Shown: piece by piece, positions 50,132 to 64,000 of the stretch
Layout: each line of letters opens with the position of its first letter
Position numbering within the stretch: position 1 is the stretch's first letter
Assembly (NCBI GenBank): GCA_051362555.1
Contig: CM120641.1
Span: forward strand, 14,384,001 to 14,448,000
DNA from: Lingula anatina
Taxonomy: Eukaryota; Animalia; Brachiopoda
Direction: 5' to 3'
DNA: 64,000 nucleotides
Position numbers and translations under genes: made by a program
The notes under the pieces: model-generated
Seen by the model: only the letters and a program-made list of their open reading frames with translations
Database searches by the model: none
What the model was told of the DNA's origin: nothing

Positions 50132-52978
50132 CCGTAAGTAAATTGTTTATAAAGCGCCTTCATTACAATCATTTATGTGTGCATGAAATTCGGAGTAGTC
50201 TCCAATAAATTGCCGTCAACATTAAGTTTTATACATTGTAACACAACAGAATCACATCCTTGTAGGTGGAGAATGGCATTTTATTGACATCTGTAATTTG
50301 ATAATTACGAAAAGTACGAAAAATAAATACTGACAGTTAAATATATATCTGTAAACAATCATCATGTTTGGTAATTTATTTCCAAGTTCAAGGATATAAT
50401 TAAAGTTTTTCTCAAAAATGTTTTTGTAATTAAGAGATTTACCAGCAATTCTTTATTGCTATGCTGAAATATGCTAAATGCCGCCACGTTAGTCAAAATC
50501 TGCTGTAAAGGCGAATGACCATGGAGCGGTCTTTAATATCTCTTTAATCCAATTAACTAGTCTGAGGCATAAACGTAGGTAAGTCTCTGAAGTCGACCTT
50601 AGTGGGCAGCGTTTTCGCTGACTTCTGACTCCATTTTATGACCCACAAATGGCCTAGATGAGGCACTGGTAACATTAAACCTGTCTGAGATAAGCTACAG
50701 TCAGGTCATTTGGCTCTTGGTCTGGCGTTCATTTGTTAAATCCAAGTCAATGGCATAGAACCTCTCTAAAATACTGCTGACAGAGACATAAAAATAGGTA
50801 CTTTTCTGCCTCTTTGAATTCGGGAATCCAACCTATTTTTTCAAAGGAACGAAAAGTAGCAGATTGGATTCTTTATGAGGACTATCGTATAAACAAAGTG
50901 TTAATATCAGCGAGTCTGAGCAAGTAAAACACAGGAGAACACAGGACGCTACTATAAAAGTTTTCAGAGAACATTCCAGGTGAAAAAAAAACCTAGTTGA
51001 ATGGAACCGTTATACGTTAACTGCGGGGAAGAAGGACGTTGCTCGGGGCCGTCCGTAGTGCCGTTTACCCAGGATTTGTTAATGATCGCACACTTTCCTG
51101 ACAAGCCTGTCACTGGCAGGGATATGTCCGTTAAAACATGGTCGATCTTTGACCATCGGGGCGATGATGCCGTGCCAAAGACAGGTAGTTTTATGGGGAA
51201 TTAGTAATATATTATAATATGACCTTCATTTTTATGGCCAAAAACCTAATTACTCCTTATCTCTCTCTCCTTCTCTCTCTCTCCAGCATTTAAATAAATA
51301 AAAAAATGATAATAATGGTTTTAGCACTTTTTACTTAGATTACAAAACCAAATAATGAAATAGTACATAAAACAATTGCGGCATTTCTTTAAGGCACGTG
51401 TACACACTACGTTTACATGCATGATACCTACACCTAGTAGTCCATATTTTAAAGATTGAAAACTGCGTTAAAAGTTAAATCAAACATTTAAATGTTAACA
51501 TTTGGTGTATGACTATCTACGTTTTTACATGCTAAATAGTATCAAATGTTTCATTGATAAATTCAATTATAATTGTTTCAGGAAACCTTAATCAAGAGAA
51601 CAACAAAAAGGCTCTTGGGATAGAAAAGTCCAAAAGGTTACAGAACTTACAAGATCATCTAACACTGCAGACCGCAGTATCTTCACGGTTGACTGACAAA
51701 GACAATAACAACAATGATGTCATTCTCAAAGATAGCATTAAACGGAGAAAACGGACCTCCTCGTCACATTGCCACTGGTTGTGTTCGTTTTGCCGCCCTA
51801 CATCTAGGTTACAGCGATACAAGCACATCCCAAATATTTTGAGAAAAAGTTACCAGCTGGCGGCTGGCAAGGCTTTGAAGGAAGATAGTCCTCGGCGCTA
51901 ACCGACTAATTTCTGTAGTTTTATAAAACATTTCTACGAAAAAACTCGAACTGTTTTCCAGGAACACCCTTTTTTACGCATGACTCATGTTGTGTCATAG
52001 CGAAATACTGGTATATACGAGCATGTTCAGTTTACTTCTACTCAGAGAATTCGTACTCATTAGAAAACGTTTCATAACATACTCAGTGTCACTATAATAG
52101 AAGTGCTAGATGGAAGATAGTCTTCGTTAAGTAGAATTCTTATGGTAACATTTAATCATTCTGTATCAATAACAGGTGTAAACCATGTAAAAGTGGTACC
52201 GATGAAGATTGCCGCCGCTCTCACCTATGTCCCGCGGTTCAGTTTGCCTTCGTGTTACGGTAAATTTTCCTCCATTAAGCACAAATATTAAATTTATATT
52301 TACAAGAAATGACTCTTGAACACTCTTTTGAATAAACATTATTAACATTATACCGAAACTAGACATTAATACATTCCATAAAAATAAGAGACGACTCAAT
52401 TAATAATACTGAACAACTTTTATTACATAAAATAAAGTATGGAAATATAGTTTAAATAATTATTCTTGAGCACCATGTTTTTGGGTAGATCTGGATGAAA
52501 GCTTGCTGGACTTCAGCAAAGCTTACATAAAAAATACAGAAAATGCCATATCAGAACTGCAAATATTGAAACAAATTTCCTCTTCTGCCTTTTGCAAAGA
52601 GAAAAACGGACTGAACGCCCGAACATTCAGTCAGTAAAATAAGAAAGTTTGCACAGTTTGTGAATGAAACACAGGTAGCAGTGTTTAAAGCAATTGTTAC
52701 TGCGTCACGTGTTGCACTGTCAATATCCTTTTTGGCTTTCAGACATGATAACATAGTTTGTGCTATTAAAATGGATAATTTGCACTACAATACTGTGCTG
52801 GTTTTTCAACATAACTGACAAGTTCTAATGAGTAGAGACATCATGTTAGAGAGGGAATTGACAAATGCTGTCGATTGTAATTTTCCACAACATAACTTGT
52901 GCCTCTTGCAAGCTTGGCAAGTTTGAAATAATGAGACTCAATGTCAAGGTCATGACATAAGCCAAAGTGAAGCTCGCT

Positions 52979-55900
52979 TTACATAAGACATGTTGTGACT
53001 TCCTGTCTGTGTGCTCTGGTCTGGATATGTATGTATACATCCCTGGGGCTGTTACACATCACATTACACACCTCACATAAGATCTTCTCCTCTGCTATGG
53101 ATCTGGAGATATTAACACAAGGATACAGTAATTATTTAAATAAGGTATTTTTCCAATTTCAACAGACCTCTAATACAATTCACGTTTGAGTTTAATTCAT
53201 ACAGACCCAAATGAATAACAATTCCCAAAAGAATAACATAACTAATAGAAAGTCCTCTTATTTACTGGAACTAAAATACCAGTTACAGCTAATGCAACCT
53301 TTAATTATGTAACTTACTTGCCAGCTTTACTCTCAAGCCAATCCAAATGCTTTCTCATTTTTTCTTGTTTGGTCTCTGGATCATCGTCCTCTTCCTCATC
53401 CGGCTGGCTGATTGCAATGCCTTTTAACAAGTTGAGTAATGTGGGGCAGTTCGCCTCAGTATCGTCTACTGCATTATATAGTAGATCATCTTCATTCACC
53501 TAGGAAATGCAAAATATAACATAAGAAAAAATATTTGGAGGGGGGGGGGGTACATGTAGCTGTGTTATCTAGTATACGTCTTAAATATGTCCTGCAACCT
53601 TTTGATGGAGAGAGGAAGAGATGTCTAGATTAGTTTCTGCAACAATATCTGATTATAATAACAATTATCTGATGTTCAAACGAACTGACTTACCATATTC
53701 CACCTGTAAGGCCATTCAAAGTTTTTGGGCTCTACAGACACCCGTCTTCTTTCAAGCAAACTACAAAAATTGAGTTGCAAATAATTTATATAAATAGTCT
53801 TCATGTTAATGAGTACTAATTTTAAAAAAAGCTGACGTTTTACAATCCACTATACATCAAAATGGTGACAAGAATTACATTTAAATGTGATGGTCCCATT
53901 TACAATCTTGGTGAAATAATAATATTTAGTAATAATAACAGAAAATAATATCTATTTTATAATCTAATATTCTCTTACACAATTATGCTACAAAGGAGCA
54001 GTTAAATTTTATACTTTGATAAAGATCAGTGCAATGACCCATACAAAGTTGAAAATCAGATGTCCAATGTGATGTATATCAAAATACAGACATGTCAAAT
54101 ACATGGTAAAAAACAACAATAAAAAACTGAAATTTGCAAAAGAATAAACAAAAGACTTATTTTAAAAAGACATAAAACATTTTAAACGTGCCCAAATCAT
54201 GATAATACACACCTCATGAGTTTCTTTCTTGCTGAGTGTTGTATCTTATTGACCAGATCAGGCCCCCAATCCGAGCTGGAGCTTTCGCTGCCTATTGCCA
54301 GGTTAATGGCCATCTTAACTCCATTGATCTGCAGACCAAAGGAAACCACTGTCGTATTTTGTAATCATTATTCTCAACATTAATTTTGTCTTTGCCAACT
54401 ATATCATAACAATTTATCTACATATACAGTATCTTTTTTACCATCAAAATAAATCAATGTCATAATATTTTTTTGCAATTTTTGCCACGTTTTCAATGTG
54501 CAGAACACGTTTGAAATTTTGAAATTGGTGCCACATGGGTCACACAAGCAAACACAATGGTACAAGTAGTTATGTCTTGGTCACTGGTAATGCATCATGG
54601 TGTATTGTTTTAAAGTCTTGCATTAAGCAGGTTTAAAAAAATAAAGCTTACATATGAACTCCCAACTGAATAATCATCATCATCATCATCATCAATATCA
54701 AAATCAACATCATCATCTTCCATTTAGCATCACAATTTATTGTGGATACCAGGCAATGGCAGCCATTTACCTTGCATATGTCTGCTATGTCAATCTTAGT
54801 GTCAAAGGTAATCTCTATATCATGATCTGGCAGTGCTGGGCCTCCAGTCTCCTCATCCCAGCCCAAACCACACAGAGCCCCAGTATACCTGGTCTTCAGG
54901 CGGTCCGTTCTGGAATGATAAGTGATGTTGATCCAGTTTTTTGAAATAATGAATGTGGTTTCTAAAAAATGATCCTGAAGCAAACATGTTATATAATTAA
55001 ATAGACAAAAAATTAAACAGTATTTAAACATTGCCTAAATATGCTGAGAAACCCTTTCACTCAATGAAATGGAAGTTAATGTTAATTTTGATAAATTTCA
55101 AATTGAAATGCAATGAGTTGAACAATGTTGTCTTTTCTCTTTCAACTTTATTAAAATAATTAAACTATATCAACAGGCTACTTGGCCAAAACATAAATTA
55201 TGTTATAAAGAGATCACCCTTCAGCATCTCATAAAACTAACTCTCTTACCTCAGTTCTGCTGTTGGAGCAAACAGCAGTGTAATCAGTGCCGGCAGACCG
55301 TGGATGTTTGGCATAAGGGTTGTGTCATTGGCAATCATGGCACTACCAGTGGCATTCATACGTACAAAGCCAGCTACCATAAGTCTTGCATGGGTGTCTT
55401 GGGGCTCCTCATTCAGCACAATGGTGTTCACACTCATTCTATCTATATTGGCAGCTCTGCAGATGAAGAAAGTACAAAAACTAAATCTAATAGGCATTTG
55501 ATGATTGGTTCGCATTATAATTCAAGACTTGAATCACAGAGCCTACACATCATTAGGGACTTTATTTAGTGTCCATCCTACTTCGTGCATGGTTAATCAT
55601 TACTTTACGCTCACCGAAGTGTTCCAATGTTAGTCATGTTGTAAAATGACATCTCATAGGGATTCCAGGGACCATGAAGTCTGAACTGAAAATGTTCAAC
55701 AAAGACAAAATTTATCCATGTATTTGTTAACAATGCCAATAATATCTATAAAATGTGCTATGAACAAATTTAAATGTACACACAGCAAAACATTTACATT
55801 AAAACTTTTAACCTGAAGTTTTTAACAAGACATGACATTCTATACTGCAAATTAAATTTTGAATGTATATCCAGTTATATTGTGCTCATTTTTGAGGAAT

Positions 55901-58900
55901 TAAAACAACCCACCTTCCTTCCTCTGTGTGCAGTTCTCTGGAGGTCATAATCATCAATAGGCAGTTCTAGCCAGTTATCTTTTGGTGTGCCCAGACTCCC
56001 ACTTGCAATGTGAGAGTCACAAATTGCCTCCTCCAAACGCTGCTGATGATTTTGCTGCAAGTTTCATAGAAGTTTAAGATTAATAACAACAGTGTAATTT
56101 GATTAGAAACCTCTTTTATGGTAAACATTAGTGTAGGAATCTATCAAACATATGAGAAATATATATATGAGCACCTTAATTACAACAAATATAGTGTTAT
56201 GAAGAGAGCTTATGGATATGATACTATAAAACTTCTCTGAAGTGCAAAACATATTGACATCTGATCTGAATCTAATTCCTATGCCAGTTAGACATGAAAT
56301 CCATTATGTATAACCAATAATAACAAACAAGTTCACACTTTGAAAATGTATAACTTCCAGAAAAAGAAGCCAATTAGACTGCTTTTCCAACTCAGGCTGC
56401 ATTTTAGTCCTGTATTTCTTTTTTGAACGTTTGGCAATCATCAGTAACATGGTTTTCCCATAATGGTCATCATGGCAGCAGCACCCAAAATTGTGTTTTC
56501 TTCTATTCTGATGCAATATTACATAATGGTTAACAGCATAATGACCGTCAATTTTTAATAATAAAATATACTTTTCATGGATTTTCAGAAAATGTGACTA
56601 GCATGGGTCTTCAAGCCCATGGAACTTCAAAGTCACACCTTGAAAATGCCAATATGTGAAAAATTAAATTTTCACAAAAAAAAAAACTGTTTAACTAGCA
56701 GAAAGAATTACCAAACAGACTGCATTGCCTACTGAAGCTGTATTTTAGTCCCATGTTTCTTTCCTGTAAGTTTGAGAATAGTAAGTGACATGATTTTTCT
56801 TAAATGGTCATCATGGGAGCAGTGCCCAAAATATTTTTTTTCCAAATTTTGATGCAATATTACATAACGTTTAACAGCATAATGACCATCAATTTTTAAT
56901 AATAAAATATTAGTATTATGGATATTCAGAAAATGTGACTAGCAAAGGTCTTCAGACCCATGGAACTTCAAAGTCACAACTTGAAAATGCCAAAATGTAA
57001 ACAAGACAGCACTGTTCTGAAATGGGTTTATTTCCATTTTTAACACTTTTTTAACGTAAAACAAAATTAACAGTTTACTGCCATTTTTATATGATCAACT
57101 AAGAAAATTGATGAGATGTGAAAAATATCAATAGAACAGTGTCAAATGTCCAATTTCCTCCATTCTGAGTTTCTGAACATAGTGAATGATTGAATCTCAC
57201 AAACTGCAATGATATGAGTTTATTTCCATTTTTGACACCTTATTACACAATACACGATTACAGGTTTACCATCATTTTTACGTAATCAACTAACAATGTT
57301 GTAAAGATGCAGGAAATGTCAAACAAACACTTTTACGTATCTTATTAATTAAATAAAGAGACTGTTAACATGCCTAAGAATTGAATCTGAGGAAATGTGA
57401 AAAAACAGCATATCTTATAAAATAATGGTCCGATTATGCTGATTTTCGAACTTGACCTGCGCTTTAGTAAGATTGATTACTCCTGTGAGTTTCATGACAA
57501 CAGGCCTATGGGTTTTCCTTGAAATGTGTTAACAGTTTTGCATATATGCTGAAAAGTGAAAAAACAGCATAACTTATAAAATAATGGTCCGATCATGCCG
57601 ATTTTCGAACTTGACCTGTGTTTTAGTAAGATTGATTACTCCTGTGAGTTTCATGACAACAGGCCTATCAGTTTTCCTTGAAATGTGTTAACAGTGTTGC
57701 ATATATGCTGAAAAGTGAAAAAAACAGCATAAATTCTACAATAATGGCCCGATCATGCTGATTTTCGAACTTGACCTGCGTTTTATGAATATTCATCAGC
57801 TCTGTAAATATAAAGCCAAAAAGTAAAACTGTCTTCCACTTATGGTGTTAACGCTGAAAGTGCACGGCGACATGATCGGCGACGGCGACGGCGACGACAG
57901 ACGCAGGTGATGGCAATATGTACAGACACATCTGTGTCTGTACATAAAAAGACTTATAAAAATTCTACAAATTTTTTACATTTAATATTCACTCAACTTT
58001 GTCATCAATATTGTTATCTTTATTAGGACTCTCCATGTAAATTTTTGGTGTTTTTTATAACTAAGTGCAAAAAAAAACAAAACTTTTAAGAATGTACTAA
58101 ACAACAAGAGCAGTAAACTACTCTCTCACCCTGGACTGGTATGTCTCCTCTGCCACATCAGCCACCCCATGGTTAATTAACAGTTCATTAAAACTGCTAA
58201 ACCTTTCACTGCCAGGAAGTTTCTCTACTAGCTCCACACGTAGTGCATTGTTTATGATGGAGTAGACCTGTAATATGGAGATTACGAAACAACTGGACAT
58301 CAAATCTGGTAAAAATACAGACACCTACCAGAAAAAAGTCATTCCCATTGCTACAATTTAACATAAACAGGGACATTACTTATGTAATAACTTCTGTAAA
58401 AATAAATCTGATCATTCTGAGTTTTGAAAAGGAGCCTTTTTAACCAAACAAAACTGCTCACTTATTTAAAATAAAACAAAAATATGGTTTTGCCTTTGTG
58501 GGGTGAACAAGATGTGTCAAACTCCCAGGGCAACAGTGACAATGAGGATACAGGCAGATGCCAGATGCAGTGATCAGAATAGATACAGACATAAAGTGTC
58601 TGTATATATATAAAAATGTAAATATATAAATAACATAACGATAACATGCTTTGCAGCAAATGTAACATGGCTGAAGACTGTTTCATGAATGTTCCTCATA
58701 ATATCAACTTTCTCAGCACAGGTCTGCATGTATATGTCATAAATTTGTAAAATCTGACAACAATAACTTTACCAAGCCCACAGAGATCAATTGGATCCTG
58801 CTTACAGTCAGATTTATACAAATACATGACGGAGGTAGTAAAATTGTGATCATACAAGCTGGGTGCACATCAGGGAAGTAAGCAACTGGTTGACACTTAT

Positions 58901-61187
58901 TTCAAGCATGTGAAAAGAAAATTACCTTTGCATATACAACTTTATTTGCAATCCTCTCTCCATACTTTTGTATGATATCTATAGGCCACTTGCCATCTGG
59001 GAACTTCATGGCAGATGGTTTGATGCCACTGAGAAAGCATTCAAATGCCTACAGAATTAAAGTTAATTTCTCAGTCACATGAAATATTCAAAGTACACAA
59101 AATATAATGCAATTACTGTAAAAAGTGTTACACGAATACAAATTAGAAATTTGAGAGAAAGATTGCCATTTGACAATCATGATCATTTTTTCTTACAAGT
59201 GTTCACTATTTTAGGAAATTCACTAAATACTTAGCATTACTATCATCAACCTTTTGTTTACATCCATAAAAGAGTTATTTACATGCATTAAAGAGTTATT
59301 GTATTTGGTGCTTATTTCATTCACCTGATATGGGTGGTCCACCAGCTGTGGATGAGCCTGCTTTAACCTGTCTTTCCTCATCAAAGCTTTGTTCCCATAG
59401 TCCACAAAAAACACCTGTTCAGAATAACAGAATTAGTCAGTTAGTCTGCTATGTCTTTGAGCCAAGCATAAAATAACAGTTACACCCAACAGAGACATTT
59501 TTAAATTAATTCCTCAAAAAATTCATTCAAGGCACTAACACCCCATTTTGAAATTCTTGTCCACAAAACAGTGAAGGTAGGCTGAACTTGAAGCACACGT
59601 TCTTAATTGCTTAAGCCACACAAAAGCTAAACAACACTTCACAGACCAAGTGGCAAAATTGATAATTTATATTCATCAACAGAAACTTTAAACATGATAA
59701 TAACTGAATCAAAACAGCCACAGATTTGTCCCATGAATATTGGCATCAAGTACCTGTACTAGTTGTATGTCTACCACAGAACACACAGTGGCCCTGTAAA
59801 ACTCTTCTGTCACATCCATGAATGGAGCTACACACTGAATTCCAACTTTTATCTGATTGGGAGATAAATCCTGAAATGAACAAAACTGGTTAGTTATTAA
59901 CAAAACAAAAGATTCTTTTACACTGGTTTTTGTATTTCTCTGAAAGGAAAAAAATCTCTTTTTATAAGACTATATAATTTTTACGTAATTTTTTCTATCA
60001 CTCCACTTGTGAGTAGGATCATTGATAAACTATTTAATACACAATGTACAGATATTCACCTAAGAGTCATCAATACTTTTTCCATGTAAGACTTGACATT
60101 TTTTCTTTCTACAGGTTATCATATTTCATTCTTACAGAATTTAAATCCTACCTGTAAGTCTCTCCCATTATGCATGTTCAGTGTTGTCTGTATGTGTGCC
60201 ATGGTTCTTCTGGTATCTTCATCTCCATACTGGGCCCAAAAATGACCACAGTCTATTACCTGGCAATACATGGTACAATTATGTGTATATTAATCTTTTT
60301 ACAACATTTCATTCCTAAAATACCGTTTCATTAATCAAAATATTTTGCTGCTATATCACTGTTAATTATTGATTAAAAACTGCATATCATGCATATTCCT
60401 TTACTTCAAACAAACATTACTTACTTAATCCACTTCATTTATGAATGGGTTCACATGAGGCAGACAATAAAAATCCTTTTCTATCATTTATTTCACTTCA
60501 TATTTATAATATAACCAGTGGTTACTGTGTCAATGAATACAGTTTAAGGTCTTTTCACAATGGCGGATCCAGAGATATTTACTGACAGTCGTCCACATTA
60601 TATTGGTTGATCTATCCTGCATTTTTGATGGTCTTCCGACAGAAAAAATTAGATGCCCATCAGTGTAAACTTGAAAAATTTTGACTGTCTTCCAGAAGAC
60701 CTAGAAGACAGCCTGTATCTACCCCTGATTCACACATGGAATTTCAGTCAAATAAGAAATTGCATCATAAGATGACCAGGTAATCGATACAACGTATCTG
60801 GTAATCCAAGTTAGACACTGCCCCTTTTTAATCACTACTAGTCTGAATACATCTTTAAAGTCACCTACCTCTGTTACACAGAGTGTAATGGTGGTCTGAG
60901 AGGCCTTAGGTAGTGGGACTTGTCTGACACTCAATGAGCTTGCCTGGTCAGTTGCTGCTTTGATTCTGTATAAGAGAAAAAAACAAGCAATTCTTAAATT
61001 GCTTTTATTACATGAAACCACACATTAGGTAAGAAGTTGTTAAGGGAGATGTTATAATCACCTGTTTGTTCTTAGTCTTTTTTCAGTCTGGAGCTTGGCA
61101 TCCTGAATTCTCTGTAGTTGCTCCATCCTGATCCTTGCCTGCTCTGGATCAATGAGATTTAATTCCAAACACGCAGGCTTCAGCTGT
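52979..61187 (-). CDS. TDRD9: Tudor-domain RNA helicase TDRD9/spindle-E, 3' part (helicase exons lie beyond the window end)
   Basis: Exons in transcript order: 61062-61187, 60869-60965, 60152-60259 (VIDCGHFWAQY), 59754-59870 (CVAPF..FYRA), 59325-59414 (VFFVDYGN), 58926-59048, 58130-58267, 55914-56054, 55615-55685 (GPWNPYEM), 55250-55456 (TTLMPNIHGLPALITLLFAP), 54771-54909 (YTGALCGLG), 54213-54328, 53694-53760, 53318-53499, 52979-53102 (stop). Confidence 0.92.
56330..57950 (-). mobile_element. Inverted copy of the HINE-like satellite-bearing element in a TDRD9 intron
   Basis: 57300-57950 is the reverse complement of 36383-37220; it continues into a ~350-bp repeated module. Confidence 0.85.
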
Positions 61188-61221
61188 CTGCAAATTACAC
61201 AAAATTATTAGCATAACTGCA

Positions 61222-61266
61222 AATATAATATAATATAATATAATATAATATATATATAATATAATA

Positions 61267-61340
<74 letters not shown>
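61222..61340. repeat. (ATAAT)n/(AT)n microsatellite
   Basis: Direct inspection. Confidence 0.9.
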
Positions 61341-61989
61341 CTTAAGCATTTTTTAAGGAAGACAGAAATAAGGGAAATTTACCAGTATCATCTGTAACAA
61401 AACCATGGGTAATAGTTGTAAAAACTGATGATCTAGAAAACATAGCCTGAAATTCCTCACTGTATTCACCCATTAAAAAAAAAAAAACATTAAAATGAAG
61501 AATTGAAGACTGAAAATCCTGATATCAGGCATAATCCTGAAAACTTTCACCCAAGCAAAAATCATAACACTACAACTTCAAAATATTTCCCTCTTTTCTG
61601 ACTAAGCCAAGTCTACCCAATTTTCTTTCCCCTCAATACTGGAGTAGTCTAAAGCATTGCAATAATACCCTGGAGATATAAGGTGTTACAAACACATATA
61701 AGTTTGACACATTATGTGTCGTGACATAAAAAATTACCTGAAAATAAAGCTCTAAAGCTCAAAAGATTGTATCAATCCATATTTGAATAAATACCAAACA
61801 AGGCAGCAAAGCTGTCAAATGTACAGACAAAAAACAGGAAATAACTATGCACAAAATAGGCTACTGTCAATTCTGATGCAAAAGTACATTATGTTAAACT
61901 GCAAATTCAACATCAAATTTTAATTATGCTCAACAGGTAATACCAATGTAAGTAAAATGTGTAACAAGCATAAGGCTTCAGGCCCATGG

Positions 61990-64000
61990 GAGTTCAAGTT
62001 CACACTTTGAAAATGTATAACTTCCAGAAAAAGAAGCCAATTAGACTACTTTTCCAACTCAGGCTGCATTTTAGTCCTGTATTTCTTTTTTGAAAGTTTG
62101 GCAATTATAAATAACATGGTTTTCCCATAATGGTCATCATGGCAGCAGCACCCAAAATTGTGTTTTCTTCTATTCTGATGCAATATTACATAATGGTTAA
62201 CAGCCTAATGACCGTCAATTTTTAATAATAAAATATACGTATCATGGATTTTCAGAAAATGTTACTAGCATGGGTCTTCAAGCCCGTGGAACTTCAAACT
62301 CACACCTTGAAAATGCCAATATGTGAAAAATTAAATTTTCACAAAAAACCTGTTTAACTGGCAGTAAGAATTACCAAGCAGCCAAAAAGTAAAACTGCCT
62401 TCCACTTATCGTGTTTATAATGAAAGTGCACAGCGCCGGCGACAGCGACGACAGGCGTAGGTGATGGCATTATGTACAGACACATCTGTACATATTTACT
62501 GTACTGTTTGAGAACAGTAAGTGACATGGTTTTTCTTAAATGGTCATCATGGGAGCAGTGCCCAAAATAGGTTTTTTTCAAATTTTGATGTAATATTACA
62601 TAATGTTTAACAGCATAATGACCATCAATTTTTAATAATAAAATATTAGTATCATGGATATTCAGAAAATGTGACTAGCAAAAGTCTTCAGGCCCATGGA
62701 ACTTCAAAGTCACAACTTGAAAATGCCAAAATGTAAACAAGACAGCACTGTTCTGAAATGTTTTATTTCCATTTTTAACAATTTTTAACATAAAACAAAA
62801 TTAACAGTTTACTGCCATTTTTATATGATCAACTAAGAAAATTGATGAGATGGGAAAAATATCAATAGAGCAGTGTTAAATGTCCAATTTCTTCCATTCT
62901 GAGATTCTGAACATAGTGAATGATTGAACCTGACAAACTGCAATGATATGAGTTTATTTCCATTTTTGAAACTTTATTACACAATACATGATAACAAGTT
63001 TACCATCATTTTTACAAAATCAACTAACAATGTTGTAAAGATGCAGGAAATGTCAAACAAACACTTTTACGTATCTTATTAATTAAATAATGAAACTGTT
63101 AACATGTCTAAGAATTGAATCTGAGGAAATGTGAAAAAACAGCATAACTTCTAAAATAATGGCCCGATTATGCTGATTTTTTTAACTCAACCTGTGTTTA
63201 AGCAGGATTGACCACTCCAGTGAGTTTAATGACAATTGGCCTGTCTGTTTTTCTTATATTGTGTTTACAATGTTGCATATATGCTGAAAAGTGAAAAAAG
63301 CATAACTACTTAAATAGTGGCCTGATCATGACGGTTTTCGAACTTGACCTGCGTTTTAGTAAGATCGATTACTCCTGTGAGTTTCATGACAACAGGCCAA
63401 TCGGTTTTCCTTGAAATGTGTTTACAGTGTTGCATATATGCTGAAAAGTGAAAAAAAAAACAGCATAATTTCTACAATAATGGCCCGATCATGCTGATTT
63501 TCAAACTTGACCTGCGTTTTATGAATATTCATCAGCTCTGTAAATATAAAGCCAAAAATTAAAACTGCCCTCCACTTATCGTGTTAACAAGGAAAGTGCA
63601 CGGTGCCGGCATCGGCGACGGCATCGGCGACATCAGACGCAGGTGATGGCAATATGTACAGACACATCTGTGTCTGTACATAATAATAAAATATTAGTAT
63701 CATGGATATTCAGAAAATGTGACTAGAAAAGGTCTTCAGGACCATGGAACTTCAAAGTCACACCTTGAAAATGCCAATATGTGACAAATTTAATTTTCAC
63801 AAAAAAACTGTTTAACTGCCAGAAAGAATTACCAAACAGACTGCATTGCCTAATTAAACTGTATCTTAGTCCCATGTTTCTTTCCTGTAAGTTTGAGAAC
63901 AGTAAGTGACATGGTTTTCCTTAAATGGTCATCATGGGAGCAGTGTCCAAAATAGGGGTTTCTTCAAATTTTGATGCAATATTACATAATGTTTAACAGG
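61990..64000 (-). mobile_element. Head-to-tail array of the same HINE-like element in a TDRD9 intron
   Basis: Closely duplicates 56330-57950. Element 5' termini recur near 62490 and 63682, with more element sequence running to the window end. Confidence 0.8.

Noticed and set aside
48447-52754. Many short ORFs between the homeobox gene and TDRD9, plus antisense ORFs elsewhere in the track
   Set aside because: No recognisable domains or consistent splice structure; these are chance ORFs or shadows of real exons.
60545-60720. Possible degraded DNA-transposon fragment in a TDRD9 intron
   Set aside because: No convincing paired TIRs or TSD.

Overview
AT-rich, intron-rich animal genomic DNA, most consistent with a lophotrochozoan invertebrate such as a mollusc (inference from gene and repeat style). 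Five spliced host genes are present: the 3' part of the DExH helicase DHX57 (+, to 8490); a signal peptide/C-type lectin/~10 sushi/mucin-like/transmembrane receptor gene (-, 10000-30681); the PP2C phosphatase PPM1A/B (+, 33106-39247); a divergent Q50 homeobox gene (-, 42412-48378); and the 3' part of the piRNA helicase TDRD9/spindle-E (-, 52979 to beyond the window end). The lectin-sushi gene's introns hold a full-length DIRS tyrosine-recombinase retrotransposon (14088-18885) and a full-length but decayed Ty3/Gypsy element (23532-28878). Several MITEs and Helentron-type satellite-carrying elements are also present. Best leads: (1) the Gypsy element has no tRNA primer site but has an 11-nt match to its own LTR, the signature of Tf1-type self-priming; (2) the DIRS gag/pol junction has an in-frame A_AAA_AAC -1 slippery site; (3) an unexplained, highly base-paired ~290-bp segment lies at 9384-9671; (4) the homeobox gene mixes PRD-like and NK-like characters. 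All coordinates and translations were read by eye; no searches were run.
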